Shown here in pieces: positions 1 through 14,230 of a stretch of 64,000 bases of DNA. The first letter of the stretch is position 1. Each line of letters begins with the position of its first letter. The position numbers and the translations under genes were made by a program. Source of the stretch: the human T2T-CHM13v2.0 reference genome, Homo sapiens; NCBI RefSeq assembly GCF_009914755.1, contig NC_060930.1; one strand, written 5' to 3'. The notes below the pieces were generated by a model. It saw only the letters and a list, made by a program, of their open reading frames with translations, was not told the DNA's origin and did not search any database.

Positions 1-380
1 ATATAGTGAAATGCATTTGTCTCTTGCTATTGGCGTCTATTTGTGTAGTATTAGATACCCTTTGAGTGAAAAAGATGGACATTTAAAGATCAAACTGGTA
101 GAGAGCTTTGATATCATTAGTTCAGCTTCTCATTATACATTATTTTATTTATTTGTTTTTCTGTTTTTTTTTCCCCAAAGCAAATAATTTTGGGCCCATT
201 AGTATAAGAAGAAATAAAAGGGCTTTATATATCACCTATGGAAATATTTTGATGTGATTTTCTATTAGGAAGTGAATAAATATTAATTTTAGCAAATTTT
301 AACATACGGTCAAGCAATTTCAATGAGCAAGATCCTAATTTTACCATTCTAGATAAGATGAAATTGGACTAACAGTTTGA

Positions 381-689
381 TTATTTATCTATTTATTTAT
401 TCATTTTAGAGACAGGGGATCGCTCTGTCACACAGGCTGAAGTGCAATGGCGTGATCTCGGCTCACTGCGACCTCCGCCTCTTGGTTCAAGCAATTCTCC
501 TGCCTCAGCCTCCCAAGTAGCTGGGATTACAGGCATGTGCCACCATGCCCGGCTAACTTTTGTATTTTTAGTAGAGACTGTGTTTCACCATGTTGGCCAA
601 GCTGGTCTCAAGCTCCTGCCCTCAAGTGATCCACATGCTTCAGCCTCCCAAAGTGCTGGGATTACAGACATGAGCTACTGCACCCAGCC
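381..689 (-). mobile_element. AluS (Sx/Sz-like) SINE
   Basis: Antisense Alu dimer with (TTTA)n tail; CTCAAGTGATCC...CCCAAAGTGCTGGGATTACA...CACCCAGCC. Confidence 0.95.
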
Positions 690-777
690 TTCACTTTGAA
701 ATCATACAAAATATATAACTTGAATGAATACCTTCTGTTCCATTTGTGTAAACATTCTGTAATGGAATTAAATACCA

Positions 778-895
778 TCAGATCTGAGTTTCTAGTTTGA
801 ATTTGCCACTAACAAACTGTGTGATTTAGATCAAATTATTTACCTCCCTGTAAATCAAATTTCTCAATAGCAAAATAGGAAAAACACATACCTTT
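778..895 (+). mobile_element. MIR fragment
   Basis: TTTGCCACTAACAAACTGTGTGATTTAGATCAAATTATTTACCTCCCTG resembles the MIR core. Confidence 0.6.
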
Positions 896-1029
896 TATAT
901 AAAATAATAGTGACTCACCAGAACTTGCTAGTGTTTTTATAAAATAAGCAGAGAAGCTTTACTATTATCAGACCAAAAATTTTATTTTAAGGTGGTATCA
1001 TACACTTTAAGATACATAATATGGCCTGG

Positions 1030-1320
1030 CTCACACAGACCTTGATTCAAATCCTGACTCAGCACTTTTACCAAATATGATTGTTTGGGGAATTATGTCA
1101 GGTTGTGGACTCCCTGCCTCCCTTTCTTCCTTCCTTCCTTCCTTCCTTCCTTCCTTCCTTCCTTCCTTCCTTCCTTCCTTCCTTCCTTCTTTCCTTCCCT
1201 CCTTTTTTCTTTCTTTGTTTTGGTTTCCATCTGAAAATAAAAGGGAAAGAACATGCTCTTTATCTCTTTGGCACAGATTTGCTAAATGATAGGCCCTCAA
1301 TAGATGTTAGTTTCTCCTTT
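1030..1320 (+). mobile_element. MIR interrupted by a (TTCC)n microsatellite
   Basis: GACCTTGATTCAAATCCTGACTCAGCACTT ... TTTCCATCTGAAAATAAAAGG ... CTCAATAGATGTTAG. Confidence 0.55.
1113..1215. repeat. (TTCC)n / (GGAA)n microsatellite
   Basis: Run of TTCC units; explains the ORFs at 1031-1332 (GRKE/FLPS repeats). Confidence 0.97.
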
Positions 1321-1699
1321 CCAGTTTTATGAATATAATTGGACAACAAAGCTTAGAGTAATATAAATGTGGCTTACCACTGTTATTATATAATAATGAT
1401 AAAATATTATGTTTCATCTGATTTGCTCATTTACTTAAATCACTATGTTTAAATTTTCTTGATGTTTAGAAAGGATAAAAAATTAAAAATGACACTGAAT
1501 TATAGATATATCTTGTTTCAGTGAAGGGGATGGAGAAAAGTTAGGAAAGATACAAGCTACTTGAGCCAAATGTGATATGGTTTTGGTGGGCTTCAATTGT
1601 GGAGGAAGGGACCAGAGTAGAAGTCTTGTCAACTGTCTGGAAATTAAGGAGAAAGAACCTAGGCAGACGAACAAGCTAAGATGGTGAAGGGCAGGGAGG

Positions 1700-1980
1700 G
1701 ATGTAATTTGGGGTCTAGATATAGCCTTTGGCTTTAACCATGTCTAATTTGGAGTAAAGACCAGTTTTGAGTAGGAAATGTGGGTAGGGGTGGGTTTGTA
1801 ATAGAATGGTTTGGGAGGAGTGGTAGGCAGTGTTAGGAAACTTTTAGTATGGGTTTCAAGCTCGATGCTATCATGGGTCCCAAGACTGGTTGAAATCATT
1901 GGCACATCTGCCTTGTTATGAGTTAGAGAAGAAACGTGGGTGAACTACATCAAGAGCTGATGTCTTGGTTTGTTTCTTTT
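1700..1980 (-). mobile_element. Probable L2 fragment
   Basis: Purine-rich, loose similarity to antisense L2 (ACCAGTTTTGAGTAGG...TGGTTTGGGAGGAGTGG). Confidence 0.35.
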
Positions 1981-3189
1981 TGTCAAATTCATTATTTAAT
2001 GGTAATTTACACCATGTCCTACTTAGCAGTTGAGTATATGACATTTTTTCATTTTCACTGGGACACAAATGAGTAGGTAATCTCTCAGAATTGTGTACAG
2101 GTAGAGGACTAGAGCTCTATATCAAGCAAGCTTTATTCACTAGTTTCCTCTGGAATCTAACTAAAGGTAATAAATGGTTAAGCAATTATTTAAAAAAATT
2201 TATGTCTATTTTCCTCTGAAAATTCTACAAAGGACATGCTTGTAAATGCATCTGGAATGTCTACTTATTGTACGTTAAAAACTTTTCTTTTTTGTTACTG
2301 GGTTAGAAGGATCAATCTCTCAAGCCCACAATCAATTGTGACTACATCCATAAAACTAACAGTGGATGTACATTTTCAAAATTGAAAGTCATTATAAAAC
2401 AATGTAGGCCACTGTAAATCATAGCTAAAAACAGTCATAATGGAAGTCTTTTATCTATGTCTGATCCACTAACATGCAGTTATTCTGAGAACTAATAACT
2501 TCTTCTTGGAGATAGGGCCCCAAATTCAATTTTATAGCTCACAGTCCCAGTAAATAGAAAAAGTCTGCCAAACCTGCATTTATAAATCTTAGTGATTTCA
2601 TGTTTTTACCGTATGTATTAGACTAGAAAAATGAGAAGTGAGGTTTGATGAGTTTTCTTACTTGGCCAATAAACTCTGCTATGTCTGTATGGAAAGTTTT
2701 ATTATTAATTTTTATATTATTTCAGAGCTATATAACTAGCATTAATTATTTTAATAAAATTCAAGAGTACTTGGGAGAAATATTTGCTCCTCTTTCAAAT
2801 AATAATTCAGCCTCAACTGTTTGAATAGGCCATCAATCCTCATTTTCTACTCATTGAGCAGCTGGGCTACAATAATCGACTCCCACCACAGTGTTATTAG
2901 AAGGGAGTACACTGCTCACTTCCTGGCAATGGACCTCTTTGATGCTTCCTAGTTCCAAAGGAGAAATTTACTAAATAAAGCACCAGTGCTCTGGGAAAAG
3001 AAAAACTTAAAGGACCAATCTGCTTCTTTCACACTGAGAAACTGATGTCTTGTGAAGGGATTCAGATCCCAATGTTGATATTAGCTTTTAACATTATTTG
3101 GTAATATTTTCATAAAGCGATTTTATTTTTGTTTAGATATTTTTATTTTTATTGAATTTGTTATTTAAAAGTTAAATACTTTCATGAAT

Positions 3190-3540
3190 CAGAGATTTTT
3201 ATCCACACAAAAGAACCTGACTGGCTAATTTAAGACAGAATAGAAATTTGCTAAAAGGATATTTGATATTATATAATATTAAACAGATATTAAAAGGAAT
3301 CTCTGGAAAGACTAGAGACCCAGGCTTGTGGGCTCTGTAGACTGGAACAAATCCTAAAACTATTTCTCAGAACAATCTGTTGGACACAGATATGACACCT
3401 TGTACCCCTGACAGTACTTACCCTGGACTCTGCTTACTTCTAATAGAATTTGCTGTCCCTGGAGTCTGGTTGTATCTGCTGCTATACTGGCCCTATCCTT
3501 GCTAGAATAGATTCTACATGGCCATTTCAGGAGGGTGGTG
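3190..3540 (-). mobile_element. MLT1-type (ERVL-MaLR) LTR fragment
   Basis: CTGACTGGCTAATTTAAGACAGAATAGAAATTTGCTAAAAGGATATT...GACTAGAGACCCAGGCTTG resembles MLT1K/L. Confidence 0.55.
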
Positions 3541-3634
3541 CCCTGGTGCTTGTCTCTGCTGAACGTCTTGCCATCCTAGAGATTAACCCAGAGGTTTAAA
3601 CAATGAAAACTAAACAAAACCCACAGTGGTTTAT

Positions 3635-3785
3635 CTAGTGGAGTTGTGAACTTCTATTCATGGAATTGCTCAAGTAGAGAATAGGTGAGCACTAGGGATA
3701 TTTTAAAGGGGATTCCTTCATTGGTTGGGGTTTGTACAAGATAATGTTTAAGGTTCTGTAGAATTTTTAGTTTAAATCTGAGAAA
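3635..3785 (+). mobile_element. CR1/L3 3' end
   Basis: CTCAAGTAGAG...GGGGATTCCTTCATTGG...GTACAAGATAATGTTTAAGGTTC matches the L3 3' terminus pattern. Confidence 0.6.
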
Positions 3786-4604
3786 AGTTTTAGGATATAT
3801 TTATTCTCCCATTCGTTCATTTCTGTACTTTCTTCTTCATCTATTCATCTGCAAGGGCATCTGTTGCAATCTTACTCTGTGCATGTCCCTTTATAGATGC
3901 TGCTATAGGTGAATTAAAGGAGGATGATGTAGGTTTATGCATCAGTTTTATACTCCAAATAATAACTACTTCTGAATTACGAAACCCAGAAATAAAGACA
4001 AACTATTGTGGATGTTATGGGCTTCCAGTTTAACACATTGGGTTGAAAACAATTTGTGAAACCCAATTAAAATAACAAAAGTTTAATAAATATATAAACA
4101 CATGGAATGGAAGAGGAGAGAAAAGTAGATAAAAGATGTTTCCAAGTTTGGAAGATAGAAAACATATGTAAAAGTGGTACCTAACTTGATGCAGCAAGAT
4201 ACGTGAGCTGGTTGGCTTTATAGTCCTTTGGAAAATTTCAGGAATTGTAGGTACCAGATAATTCTGCTATGTTTAAAGAATATTACATTCTGTAAACGTT
4301 AATGTTGAGTATTTAGGCTTTAGATTTGAGGAAAATGGAAATAAGTGACATAAATACTTTTATTTGAAAGTTAGACTCAGAGGGTGAGAAAGACTATACA
4401 AGATAAGGGAAAAGAGCGTCATACCTTGTTAATACTTCAATGTTCACTGATGAAGAAAAGTAAGCTCAAGTCTCAGAAGATGAAGAGATATTTCTCTTCA
4501 AATTTATATATGCTGCTTAGAAGCTTTCATGTTTCCAGGAACTTAAAAAAGTGCTCTAGATATTTTAGTAACACTTCTGAAATACTACTGCCTCTTGAAA
4601 ATTA

Positions 4605-4720
4605 ACTAACTCATTCATTTGTACATTTATTCAATAATTATGTTTCCCTGGAGTGGCTGAGAATACAGTAGTAAACAAGATTGACACAATGCCTAGATTC
4701 ATGGAGTTCACAGTCTTGAA
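4605..4720 (-). mobile_element. L2 3' end
   Basis: CTCATTCATTT...ATACAGTAGTAAACAAGA...TCATGGAGTTCACAGTCT. Confidence 0.65.
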
Positions 4721-4859
4721 ATGACAAATTTTATGGTTTTGTTAGATCAGTTTCTTCTTACTCTAAAAGAAAAAGAATTTGCCTGGTCATATGATAGATG
4801 TTTTATATTTAATCCTCATAGAAGCTCCATTAGGCTTCATTTTTAAAAATCTGTATATT

Positions 4860-5130
4860 GTTTTGGATTGGTGTAAGGATTAAATAAGATAATGGATATC
4901 CTTGGCTTAATGCTTGCCACTAAATAATCATTCAACAAGTGTTAGCTATAGTTAATCTTTCTTTTATTCTTATGATTGTGATATATGCTTTAGGACTCCA
5001 CCTGTACAGATGAAGCAAGTGAAATTCAGAGAGAATGTATAACATGCTCCATGTCTCTTGACTAATAAATTGTGGAATTAAGATTTGAATCCAAGTCTGC
5101 CTCTCTCAAGACTGCATGCTCTCTCCCCTC
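4860..5130. mobile_element. Two MIR fragments (+ 3' end, then - core)
   Basis: GTAAGGATTAAATAAGATAATG...GTGTTAGCTAT; TACAGATGAAGCAAGTGAAATTCAGAGAG...GATTTGAATCCAAGTCTG. Confidence 0.65.
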
Positions 5131-5894
5131 TCTTATAAATACTCTGCCAATACATTATATAAAAATCTGCCTTTTCAGGTTGGCTTGCTATTGAGCAAGT
5201 GTTTATGAAATAATCTTTCCAAATATGTGCCTTATAAATGAGCTATTGAAATATAATTTGCTCATAAGTGGTGGCTTATTTAGCTATTGTGGAATCAAAT
5301 GGATCCCCAGTAACTTGGAACATTTTTGTCTCACATTTCTTAAAACTAGTTAAGGGATTAAAATATAGTCATGTTCTGATCTTCTCGTTTTGGAGTGTCT
5401 AGGTAATGTCTGAAGGACTCTTTAACGACAGGAAGAATTCTATGTAGAGTGACGAGATTGCTTTCCTAAAACCATTTCCAAAGGTTGGTTTCAGTTAGAT
5501 CGAGAGCAGACACATGGATTTCTATGGCACTGTATGACCAAAGATTTAATGACTAGGACTTCTGAAGCTAGAAGGCAGGGAGGTAGGCTGGGATGGTCGA
5601 GTCAGGGAGAATTATACTGTAACCCTACTTAGGAAGGGAAGAAAATCCAAAGCAGAGAAAGACAGAAACATTTCTGTGACTGTCATGTGAGGGACAAAAA
5701 ATGAAACCAAGTGGTTGGAGCCCATCCATATTCATTGTTTGTTTGTTCATTTGATGTATTTAGAGAATTCTAAGGAAGCTCTGAATCACTAATTTTAAGG
5801 CCACCTAGTATGAGATAGTGAGATACTTTTGGATGACTTCATGTGTAGAGGTTCTAACTGAGCCACAAAAGAGTTAGTGAGACATTGAAAGAAA

Positions 5895-6092
5895 ATCCCT
5901 GATTTCACTCAGCTTTACCGCTAGCCAGCTGTGGGAATCTAATCTCATGAGGGCTTATTTTACTCATTTACAAGTTGAAGATAAAATCTGATTTGTCTTT
6001 TCTTGTGGAAGTGTGTTGTGAGAATGGATCAAAGTAAGGCACGGTAAAGTCCTTTGAAAAGTCAAGCACCATGCAGATGAGATATATTACTA
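5895..6092 (+). mobile_element. MIR (MIRc-like)
   Basis: CTCATTTACAAGTTGAAGATAA...GTTGTGAGAAT...GTAAAGTCCTTTGAAAAGTCAAGCACCATGCAGATG. Confidence 0.6.
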
Positions 6093-6278
6093 GTACTGGT
6101 TGTAGCGACACCCACAGGAGACCAAATGCCTCTAATACCTTAATTTCTTGCACACCTTTCTTAAAGAAAGCCATTTTTTATTTGGCACTGAGAAAAGTAG
6201 CAAGAAAGCTGTGGATGTAAAGCACTGACAAGAGTACCTACTGCTAGTACTATGTGTTAAAGTGATGTATTTTCAAGA

Positions 6279-6530
6279 TAATAATAATGGGGGCTTACAT
6301 TTATCGACAGCTTGCTATATAAACAAACATTATAATAAATAATAAATTAACTCATTTAATCCTCACAGAAATCATATGGTACATAATTTTCTTATCCCCT
6401 TTTACCTGTGGAGAGACTGAGACACTGAAAAATTAAGCTTCCCAAGGTCACATAGCCATTAAGGGGCTGAATCTAGTTTAGAAGTCAGATATTCTGTCTT
6501 CAAAGACTGTGTTACTAAACGCTACATCAT
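6279..6530 (-). mobile_element. Near full-length MIRb
   Basis: AACTCATTTAATCCTCAC...GACTGAGACACTGA...CCCAAGGTCACATAGC. Confidence 0.8.
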
Positions 6531-6619
6531 TCAGGCTTTGGTATTGAGACTATCAGCTTGTCACTGATTTGAGTAAGCTCTTTAACACATGTTCAGATAC
6601 TCATAAGATAACTTTTATA

Positions 6620-7430
6620 TAACTTTTATTTTGGAATATTGTACTTTTAGATTTATTGAAGAGTTGAAAAGGTAGTGGAGAGTTCCCTAATATTAACATC
6701 TTCCATAACTGTGGTTCATTTGACAAAACTAAGAGGTTAACAACAATATACTACCATTAATTAAATTATACACTCGATTCAGATGTGACCGTTTTTTCTT
6801 TAATGATATTTTTCTGTTTTAGGATTGCATCTAGGATATCATATTGCATTTTGCTGCATGTCTTCATAGTCTCCTTTGCTTGGCAACAGTTTCTTAGTTT
6901 TTCCTTGTTTTTCATGATCTTGACAGTTTTGAAGAGTACTTGTCAGTATTATGTAGAATGTCTTGCAATTTGAGTCTGTTTAATGTTTTTGTCTTGGTTA
7001 GATTGGATTTACGTTTCTTTTTGTGATGAATACCACAGATGTGCCTTTCTCATCGCATTGTATCAGAGGGTGTCTAATATCAACATATTTTATCACCAGT
7101 GATGTTAACCCTGGTCACTTGGTTAAGCTATTTTTTTACCAGGATTCTCTACTGTGAAGTTCCTATTTTCCCTTTCTGTACTCTGTTCTTTGAATGCAAG
7201 TCACTAAGTCCAGCCTACATTTAAGTGGAGGGAGATTAAGTTCCACTTCATGGAGGCTGGAGTATATTTGTATGTATTATTTGAAATTCTTTTGAAAGGA
7301 CTATTTGTTTCTTCTCTTGCCCCCTGTTTTTCTATTCCAGAATTTATTTATGCTCATGTGGGCTCTTGTATATTTACATCATATTTTGGGTTATGATCTA
7401 GTACTATGTTATTTATTTTGTTGCTTATCA
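6620..7430 (-). mobile_element. L1MC4-like 3' UTR
   Basis: AAGAGTTGAAAAGGTAGTGGAGAGTTCC...ACAGTTTTGAAGAGTACTTGTCAGTATTATGTAGAATG...GATGTTAACCCTGGTCACTTGGTTAAG. Confidence 0.75.
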
Positions 7431-9072
7431 GATACATTTAAAAATACTTTCTTCTTGGCTTTGAAATATGATTCAGAATATTTCATGACTTGACATCTGA
7501 AACCTATATTGAATGCAAATAGACTCTGGACATTTCCTAGTGTTATATGAAATTCATTATCTTGGTGCCCCCCCCCCCAAAAAAAACCAGTTATAATAGG
7601 CTCTTTTAATTTATGCTTTTAACATTTTTTAAGGGCACATTGTGGTATTGTTAAGTATATGCATATTTTTGTAAAATAGATATCTAGAACTTTTTCGTCT
7701 TGCACAAATGAACTTTGTACCCATCGAACAACTACTCTGTTTCCCATGTCCCCCCCGTCCCTAGAAACTACCATCTCACTTTCTGTTTCTATGTATTTAA
7801 TTATTTTAGATAACTAATATAAGTGGAGTCATGCAGTTTTATCTTTTTGCGATTGGCTTATTTCATAGCATGATAGTCTCAAGATTCATCCATGTTGTAG
7901 TATATTACAGGATTTCTCTCTTCTTAAAGGCTGAATGATATTCTACTGTATGTATATACCCCTTAGCTATTGTGAATGATGCTGCAATGAACATGGGTAT
8001 GCAACTATCTCTTTGAGGTCCTATTTTTAATTTTTGGGGAGATATAAGCCCAGGAGTGGGATTGGTGAGTCATGTGGTAGTTCTATTTTTAATTTTTTGA
8101 GGGCCCTCCATTTTTGTTTTTCGTAGTGTTTCCATCATTTTGCAATCCCTATAAGAACAGCACTGAAGGGTTCCAATTTTTCTACATCCTCACCAACACT
8201 TGTTATTTCATTTTTTTGATAGTGGCCATTCTAATAGGTGTGAAGGTGATGTCTCATCATCATGATTTCTTTGATGATTAGTGATGTTGAACATCTTTTA
8301 TATCCTTCTTGGCAATTCCCATATTTTTTTTTGAGAAATGTCTATGAAAGTCCTTTGCTTGTTTTTAAATGATTTTTTAAATTTATTTTTTGTTTTTCAG
8401 TTGTAGGAATTCTTTACATATTCTAGATATTAAACCCTTTTCCAACATATGATTAACAAACATTTTCTCTCATTTCATAGGTTGTCTCTGTTAATTATTG
8501 TCTCTGCTACATGGAAGTTTTTAATTTTGATATCGTTCCATCTGTCTTTTTTTGCTTCTGTTACCCATGTTTTTAATGCCATATTCACGTAATCATTGCC
8601 CATTCCATTGTCATGAAGATTTTCCCCTATGTATTCCTCTGGGAATTTATAGTTTAGGTCTTACATTTGGGCCTTTAATACATTTTTGAGTTAATTTCAC
8701 TGTATGGTTCAAGATAAATGTACATCTTCATCTTTTTCATGTGGATATCCAATTTTTCCAATATCATTGATTGAAGGGACTATTCTTTTCATATTGCATG
8801 GTCTTGGCACATTTGTGAAAGTTCATTTGACCATATACGGGAATGTTTATTTCTGAGCTTTCTACTTTGTTTGAACACAATGGTGTATATGTCTGTCTTT
8901 ATGTCAATATCATACTGTTTTGGTTATGGTAGGTTTGTAATACGTTTTGAAATCAGGTAGTGGATGCCTTCCAAATTTGTTCTTCTTCCTAAAGATTGTT
9001 TTGGCTTTTAGGGTTTTTGAGATGACATATTAATTTTAGGATATTTTTCTACTTTGAAAAAAATGCTACTGA

Positions 9073-9273
9073 GCACACAATTTATAGTCAATAATAATTT
9101 ATTGTATATTTCAAAGTCACTAGAAGAATTGTAATCTTCCCAACACAAAGAAAAGATAAATGTTTAAGGTGATGGCTGTCTCTCAATTACCCTGCATTGC
9201 TCATTACACATGGTATATAGGTTTCAATATATCACATGTACTCCCAAGATATGTATAATTATTAAATATAATT
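9073..9273 (+). mobile_element. Short 5'-truncated L1MA 3' end nested in the older L1
   Basis: L1 3'UTR (TAGTCAATAATAATTTATTGTATATTTCAAA...ATCACATGTACTCC); TSD AAAAATGCTACTGA 9059-9072 / AAAAATGCCACTGA 9274-9287. Confidence 0.85.
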
Positions 9274-9580
9274 AAAAATGCCACTGATATTTTGATAGGG
9301 ATTACATTGAATCTGTAGATCACTTTGAATAGTAGAGAAATTTAAACGAGGTGAAGTCTTCCAGTCCATAAACACCGATATCTTCCTGTTTATTTGTTTC
9401 TTCTTCAATGTTTTGTAGTTCTCAGTGTATAAGTCTTTCACCTCCTTGGTCAAGTTTATTCCTAAGTATTTTTTTGACATTATTGTAAATGGGCTGTTTT
9501 CTTGATTTCCTTTTTTTGGTTATTTTTTGCAAGTTGATTTTGTATCCTGTAACTTTGCTGAATTTATTAGTTCTAACAGT

Positions 9581-9584
9581 TGTG

Positions 9585-9615
<31 letters not shown>

Positions 9616-9616
9616 A
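9581..9616. repeat. (TG)n microsatellite
   Basis: Interrupted TG run. Confidence 0.95.
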
Positions 9617-9685
9617 TTTGCAGAATCTTTGGGGTTTTCAACATATAAGATCATATCGCCTGTGAATAGAGATAATTTTGCTGCT

Positions 9686-9795
9686 TTTTTAAAATTATGC
9701 TTTAAGTTTTAGGGTACATGTGCACAACGTGCAGGTTTGTTACATATGTATACATGTGCCATGTTGATGTGCTGCAGCCATTAACTCGTCATTTA
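9686..9795 (-). mobile_element. ~110-bp L1PA 3' terminal fragment
   Basis: TTTAAGTTTTAGGGTACATGTGCACAACGTGCAGGTTTGTTACATATG = young primate L1 3' end. Confidence 0.9.
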
Positions 9796-12485
9796 AAATT
9801 TGGATGCCTTTTACTTCTTTTTCCTTTCCTAATTGCTCTGACTGGGAGTTCCAGCAGTATGTTGAAAAGAAGTCATGGAAGTCATGAGAGTAGGCATATT
9901 TGCTTTGTTCCTGATCTTAGAAAAAAAAGCTTTTAGTTTGCTGAGGTGATGTTAGCTGTGGGCTTTCTTATATGACCTTTATTGTGTGGAGGCAATTTAT
10001 TTCTATTTCTAGTTTGTTTTTATGATGAAAGTCTGAAGAATTTTATCAGATGCTTTTTCTACATCAGCTGAAATTATCATGTAATTTTTGTTCTTTGTGC
10101 TGTTAACATGTTATGCTACGTTTATTGATTTTCATATGTCGAACCATGTTTGCATTTCAAGGATAAATCACCCTTGCTCATAACATATAATTTTTTAAAT
10201 GTACTGTTGACTTTGTTTTACTAAGATTTTGTGGAGAATTATTGCACCAATATTCTTCAGGGTTATTCGTCTGTAGTTTTAATTATCTGGCTTTGGTATC
10301 AGGGTAATGCTAGCCTCATAGAATAAATTTGGAATTTTTTTTCATCTTCAGTTTTTTGGAAGAGTTTGAGAATAATTGACATTAATTGTTGTTTAAATAT
10401 TTCATAGAATTCTCCAGTGAAGCCATCTGGTCTTAAACTTATCTGTTAAGAGGCTTTAGATTACTGAGTCAATCTCCTTATTAATTATAGATCTATTCAG
10501 ATTTTCTATTTCTTCTTGATTTAGTCTTGGTAGGTTGTATATTTCTAGGAATTTATCCATTTAATCTAGGTTATCCATTTTGTTAACATACAATTATTTA
10601 TAGTACTTTCTTATGATCCTTTTAATTTCCATAGCATCAGTTGTAATGTCTCCCCTTTCATTTATGATTTTAATTATTTGAGTCTTCTCTGTTCTGTTTT
10701 TTCTTAATCTCTCTAAGGGCTTGACAATTTTGTTGATCTTTTTAATAAACCAAATCTTAGTCATTGATGTTTTTCTATTGCTTTTTCATTCTCTATTTTG
10801 TTTATTTGATCTCTAATTTTATTATCTTCTTCCCTTTGTTAACTTTGGGTTAGTTCGTTCTTCCTTTTTCAATTCCTTGTGGAATAAAGTTAGATTGTTG
10901 ATTTGAGATTTTTTTTAAATGTAAATGTTAACAACTATAAGCTTCTCCCTTAGTAATTCTTTTGCTATGCTCCATAAGTTTTGGTATGTTGTGTTTTAAT
11001 TTTCATTTATTTTAAGATATTTTCTTATTTCTTTTTTTATTTCACTTTGACTCATTGGTTGTTTAAGTATGTGGTGTGTAATTTCTACATATTTTTGAAT
11101 TTTCCAGTTTTGCTACTGTTCCTGATTCATTTCATTGTGATAAGAAAAGCTGCTTGGTAAGATTTCCATCTTTTAATATTTGTTTTACTTATTTTGTAGC
11201 CTAACATGATCTATTCTAGAGAATGTTCTGAGTGCATTTGAGAAAAATGTATATTATGTTGCTGTTAAATGGTAGGTTCTATATGACTGTTAGGTTCAGT
11301 TGGTCTGCAGTGTTGCTATGCCCTCTATGTTCTTAATGGTCTTCCGTCTGGTTGTGGTGGATATTGAAATTTCCTACCATTATTGTGTTATAGTCTATTG
11401 TTCCCTTCAATTTTGTCAATGTTTGCTTCATGTATTTGGGTGCTCTGATGTTAGTGCATATATACATATATATGTATATATATATATATTTTTTTAATTG
11501 TTATATCTTTCTGAAGAATTGACACTTGTGTCATTAGAGCATGTCCTTTGTCTCTTGTGGCAGTTTTTTAGTTAAAATTTAGTTTGTCTGTATAAGTAGC
11601 TACTTCTGCTCTCTTTTGGTTACCATCTGCATAGAATATCTATTTTTATCCTTTTACTTTCACGCTTTGTTCGCCTTTCCATCGGAGGTGAGTTTTTTGT
11701 AGAAAGCATATAGTTGCATCTTTTTTTTTTTTTTTAAAGTAATCCATTCAGTCACTTCATATCTTTTTATTGGGGAGTTTAATCCATTTACATTTAAAGA
11801 TATTACTGTAAGGAAAAACTTACTACTGTCATTTCCTTAATTCCTCTTTGACTTTTACTTCTGCTAACTTTAATGTGTCTTTACATGGGTCTTTTTTTGG
11901 TCATTCTGGATAAGGTCCTTTGAGTTCTTTGAATTTGGATGTCTATTTCCTTCCTCAGATTTGGGAAATTTTCAGCCTTTATTTCTTCAAATAAGCTCTG
12001 TGTCCTTTCCTGCTCTCTTCTCCTTCACTGTGTATTACATGTTTTTCTGCTTGGTGGTGTACCTAAGTCTCTCCTACTTTCTTCACTTTTCTTCATTCTC
12101 GACCTCTCTGTCTCTGTATCTCTTTCTCTCTTTTTGCTCCTCTGATTCATTAATTTCAAATGATCTTTCTACACATTTGCTGAATCTTTCTTTTGCTTAA
12201 TCAAATCTACTATTGGACCCTCTAGAAAATTGTTGAGTTCAGTTATTGCGTTATTTAGTTTCAGAATTCCTGTTTGGCCTTTCTTTTTTTAGTTTTTAAA
12301 AAATCATTTTTTTAAATTGGGAAATGGATCATTTTCCTGATTTCATTTAGTTGTCTATCTCTGTAGATCATTGCCTTCTTTACAACAATTATTTTGAATT
12401 ATTTGTCAGGTAATTCATCTGTGTTTCTTTGGGGTTGGTTTTTGGAGATTAATTTTGTTAATTAATTTTGTTCTGCCATGCTTTC

Positions 12486-12489
<4 letters not shown>

Positions 12490-12551
<62 letters not shown>
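12490..12551. repeat. Compound (TC)n(TG)n microsatellite
   Basis: Directly visible. Confidence 0.95.
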
Positions 12552-12554
<3 letters not shown>

Positions 12555-13061
12555 GCTGAGTTTTATGCGTTTGAAAAAACAGCTACCTCTTCCAGTCTTC
12601 ACAGATTGGATTTGTTCAGGGAAAGACCTTCACCAATTAGCCCAGCTAGAGATCCTGGGGGCTTGAAACCTTTTTTGGGGAATGTGATTTTTCCAGTCTT
12701 GTGCATATGATTTCCCAATTAGAGAGCTTTGCTGTTTTCTTTCTCAGGAGCTTATAATCTCTTGCTTTCTGTGATGTCTGTCAGTCATACTATAGGTTAT
12801 CTCATAGAAGTAGCAAGGTACTCCTCTTTCGTTTGTCTTAGTAGCCTCCAGGCATCCAAAGCATGGTAGCTTTCCACTAGCTTCCCAAGTCAGATGAGAC
12901 AGATACCAGTTCCTTGGGCAGCATTCCAAAAAGCCAAAATGCCAAATGTCTGGTTTACTTTTTTCCTCTTTCCCAAGGGAGAAGTGATGAGTTGAAAATC
13001 TTGTCCCAGTTGTACCAAGCCCTAACAGCCTCTACCTGCAGCACCACATGGTTCCCCACTT

Positions 13062-13370
<309 letters not shown>

Positions 13371-13925
13371 ACTTGCTTTTGCTTTAAGAGACCTCCAGGC
13401 ATCCAAATTATGCGGTTCTGTTAGTACTTTTAGTCAGGCAAAACAGATACCAGTCTCTTGGGCTGTCTTCCAAAAAGCCAGGATGTTAGATGTACACTCT
13501 TCTCTTTGCCCTTAAAGGAAAAGCCATGAGCCAACCTAAACTGTGCTGACTTGGAGGAACAATCATGGATAAAATGGAATGGCCCTTCTTACCCTTTTCA
13601 ATGTTGCTGTACTTAGCTTTGTGCTCACGAGGGGTACTGCAACTTCTTAACGTTTTTCTGGAATTCTCAAAAAGGATTTTTGCTTTGTTTGTTGCTGTTA
13701 ATTCAGTGACCCTGTGGGAAAAGAGAAGTGAGACTTCTTATTTTACCATCTTACTGATATTACTTCAATTATAATAAACTTAAATACCATCTTCAAGTTT
13801 ATGATGGATTTCTACAAAATACTGAATGTGAGGAAACTTTCTCAAAGTTAGTAGTTACACTGAAATTGGGGAAAATAACTCATGAAACCCATAGTTTTTA
13901 CTTAAAAATAATTAGTTTGCCATTT

Positions 13926-14230
<305 letters not shown>

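Noticed and set aside
5403-5485. AG...GT-bounded segment with several CpGs
   Set aside because: Stops in all frames, weak polypyrimidine tract, no other support.
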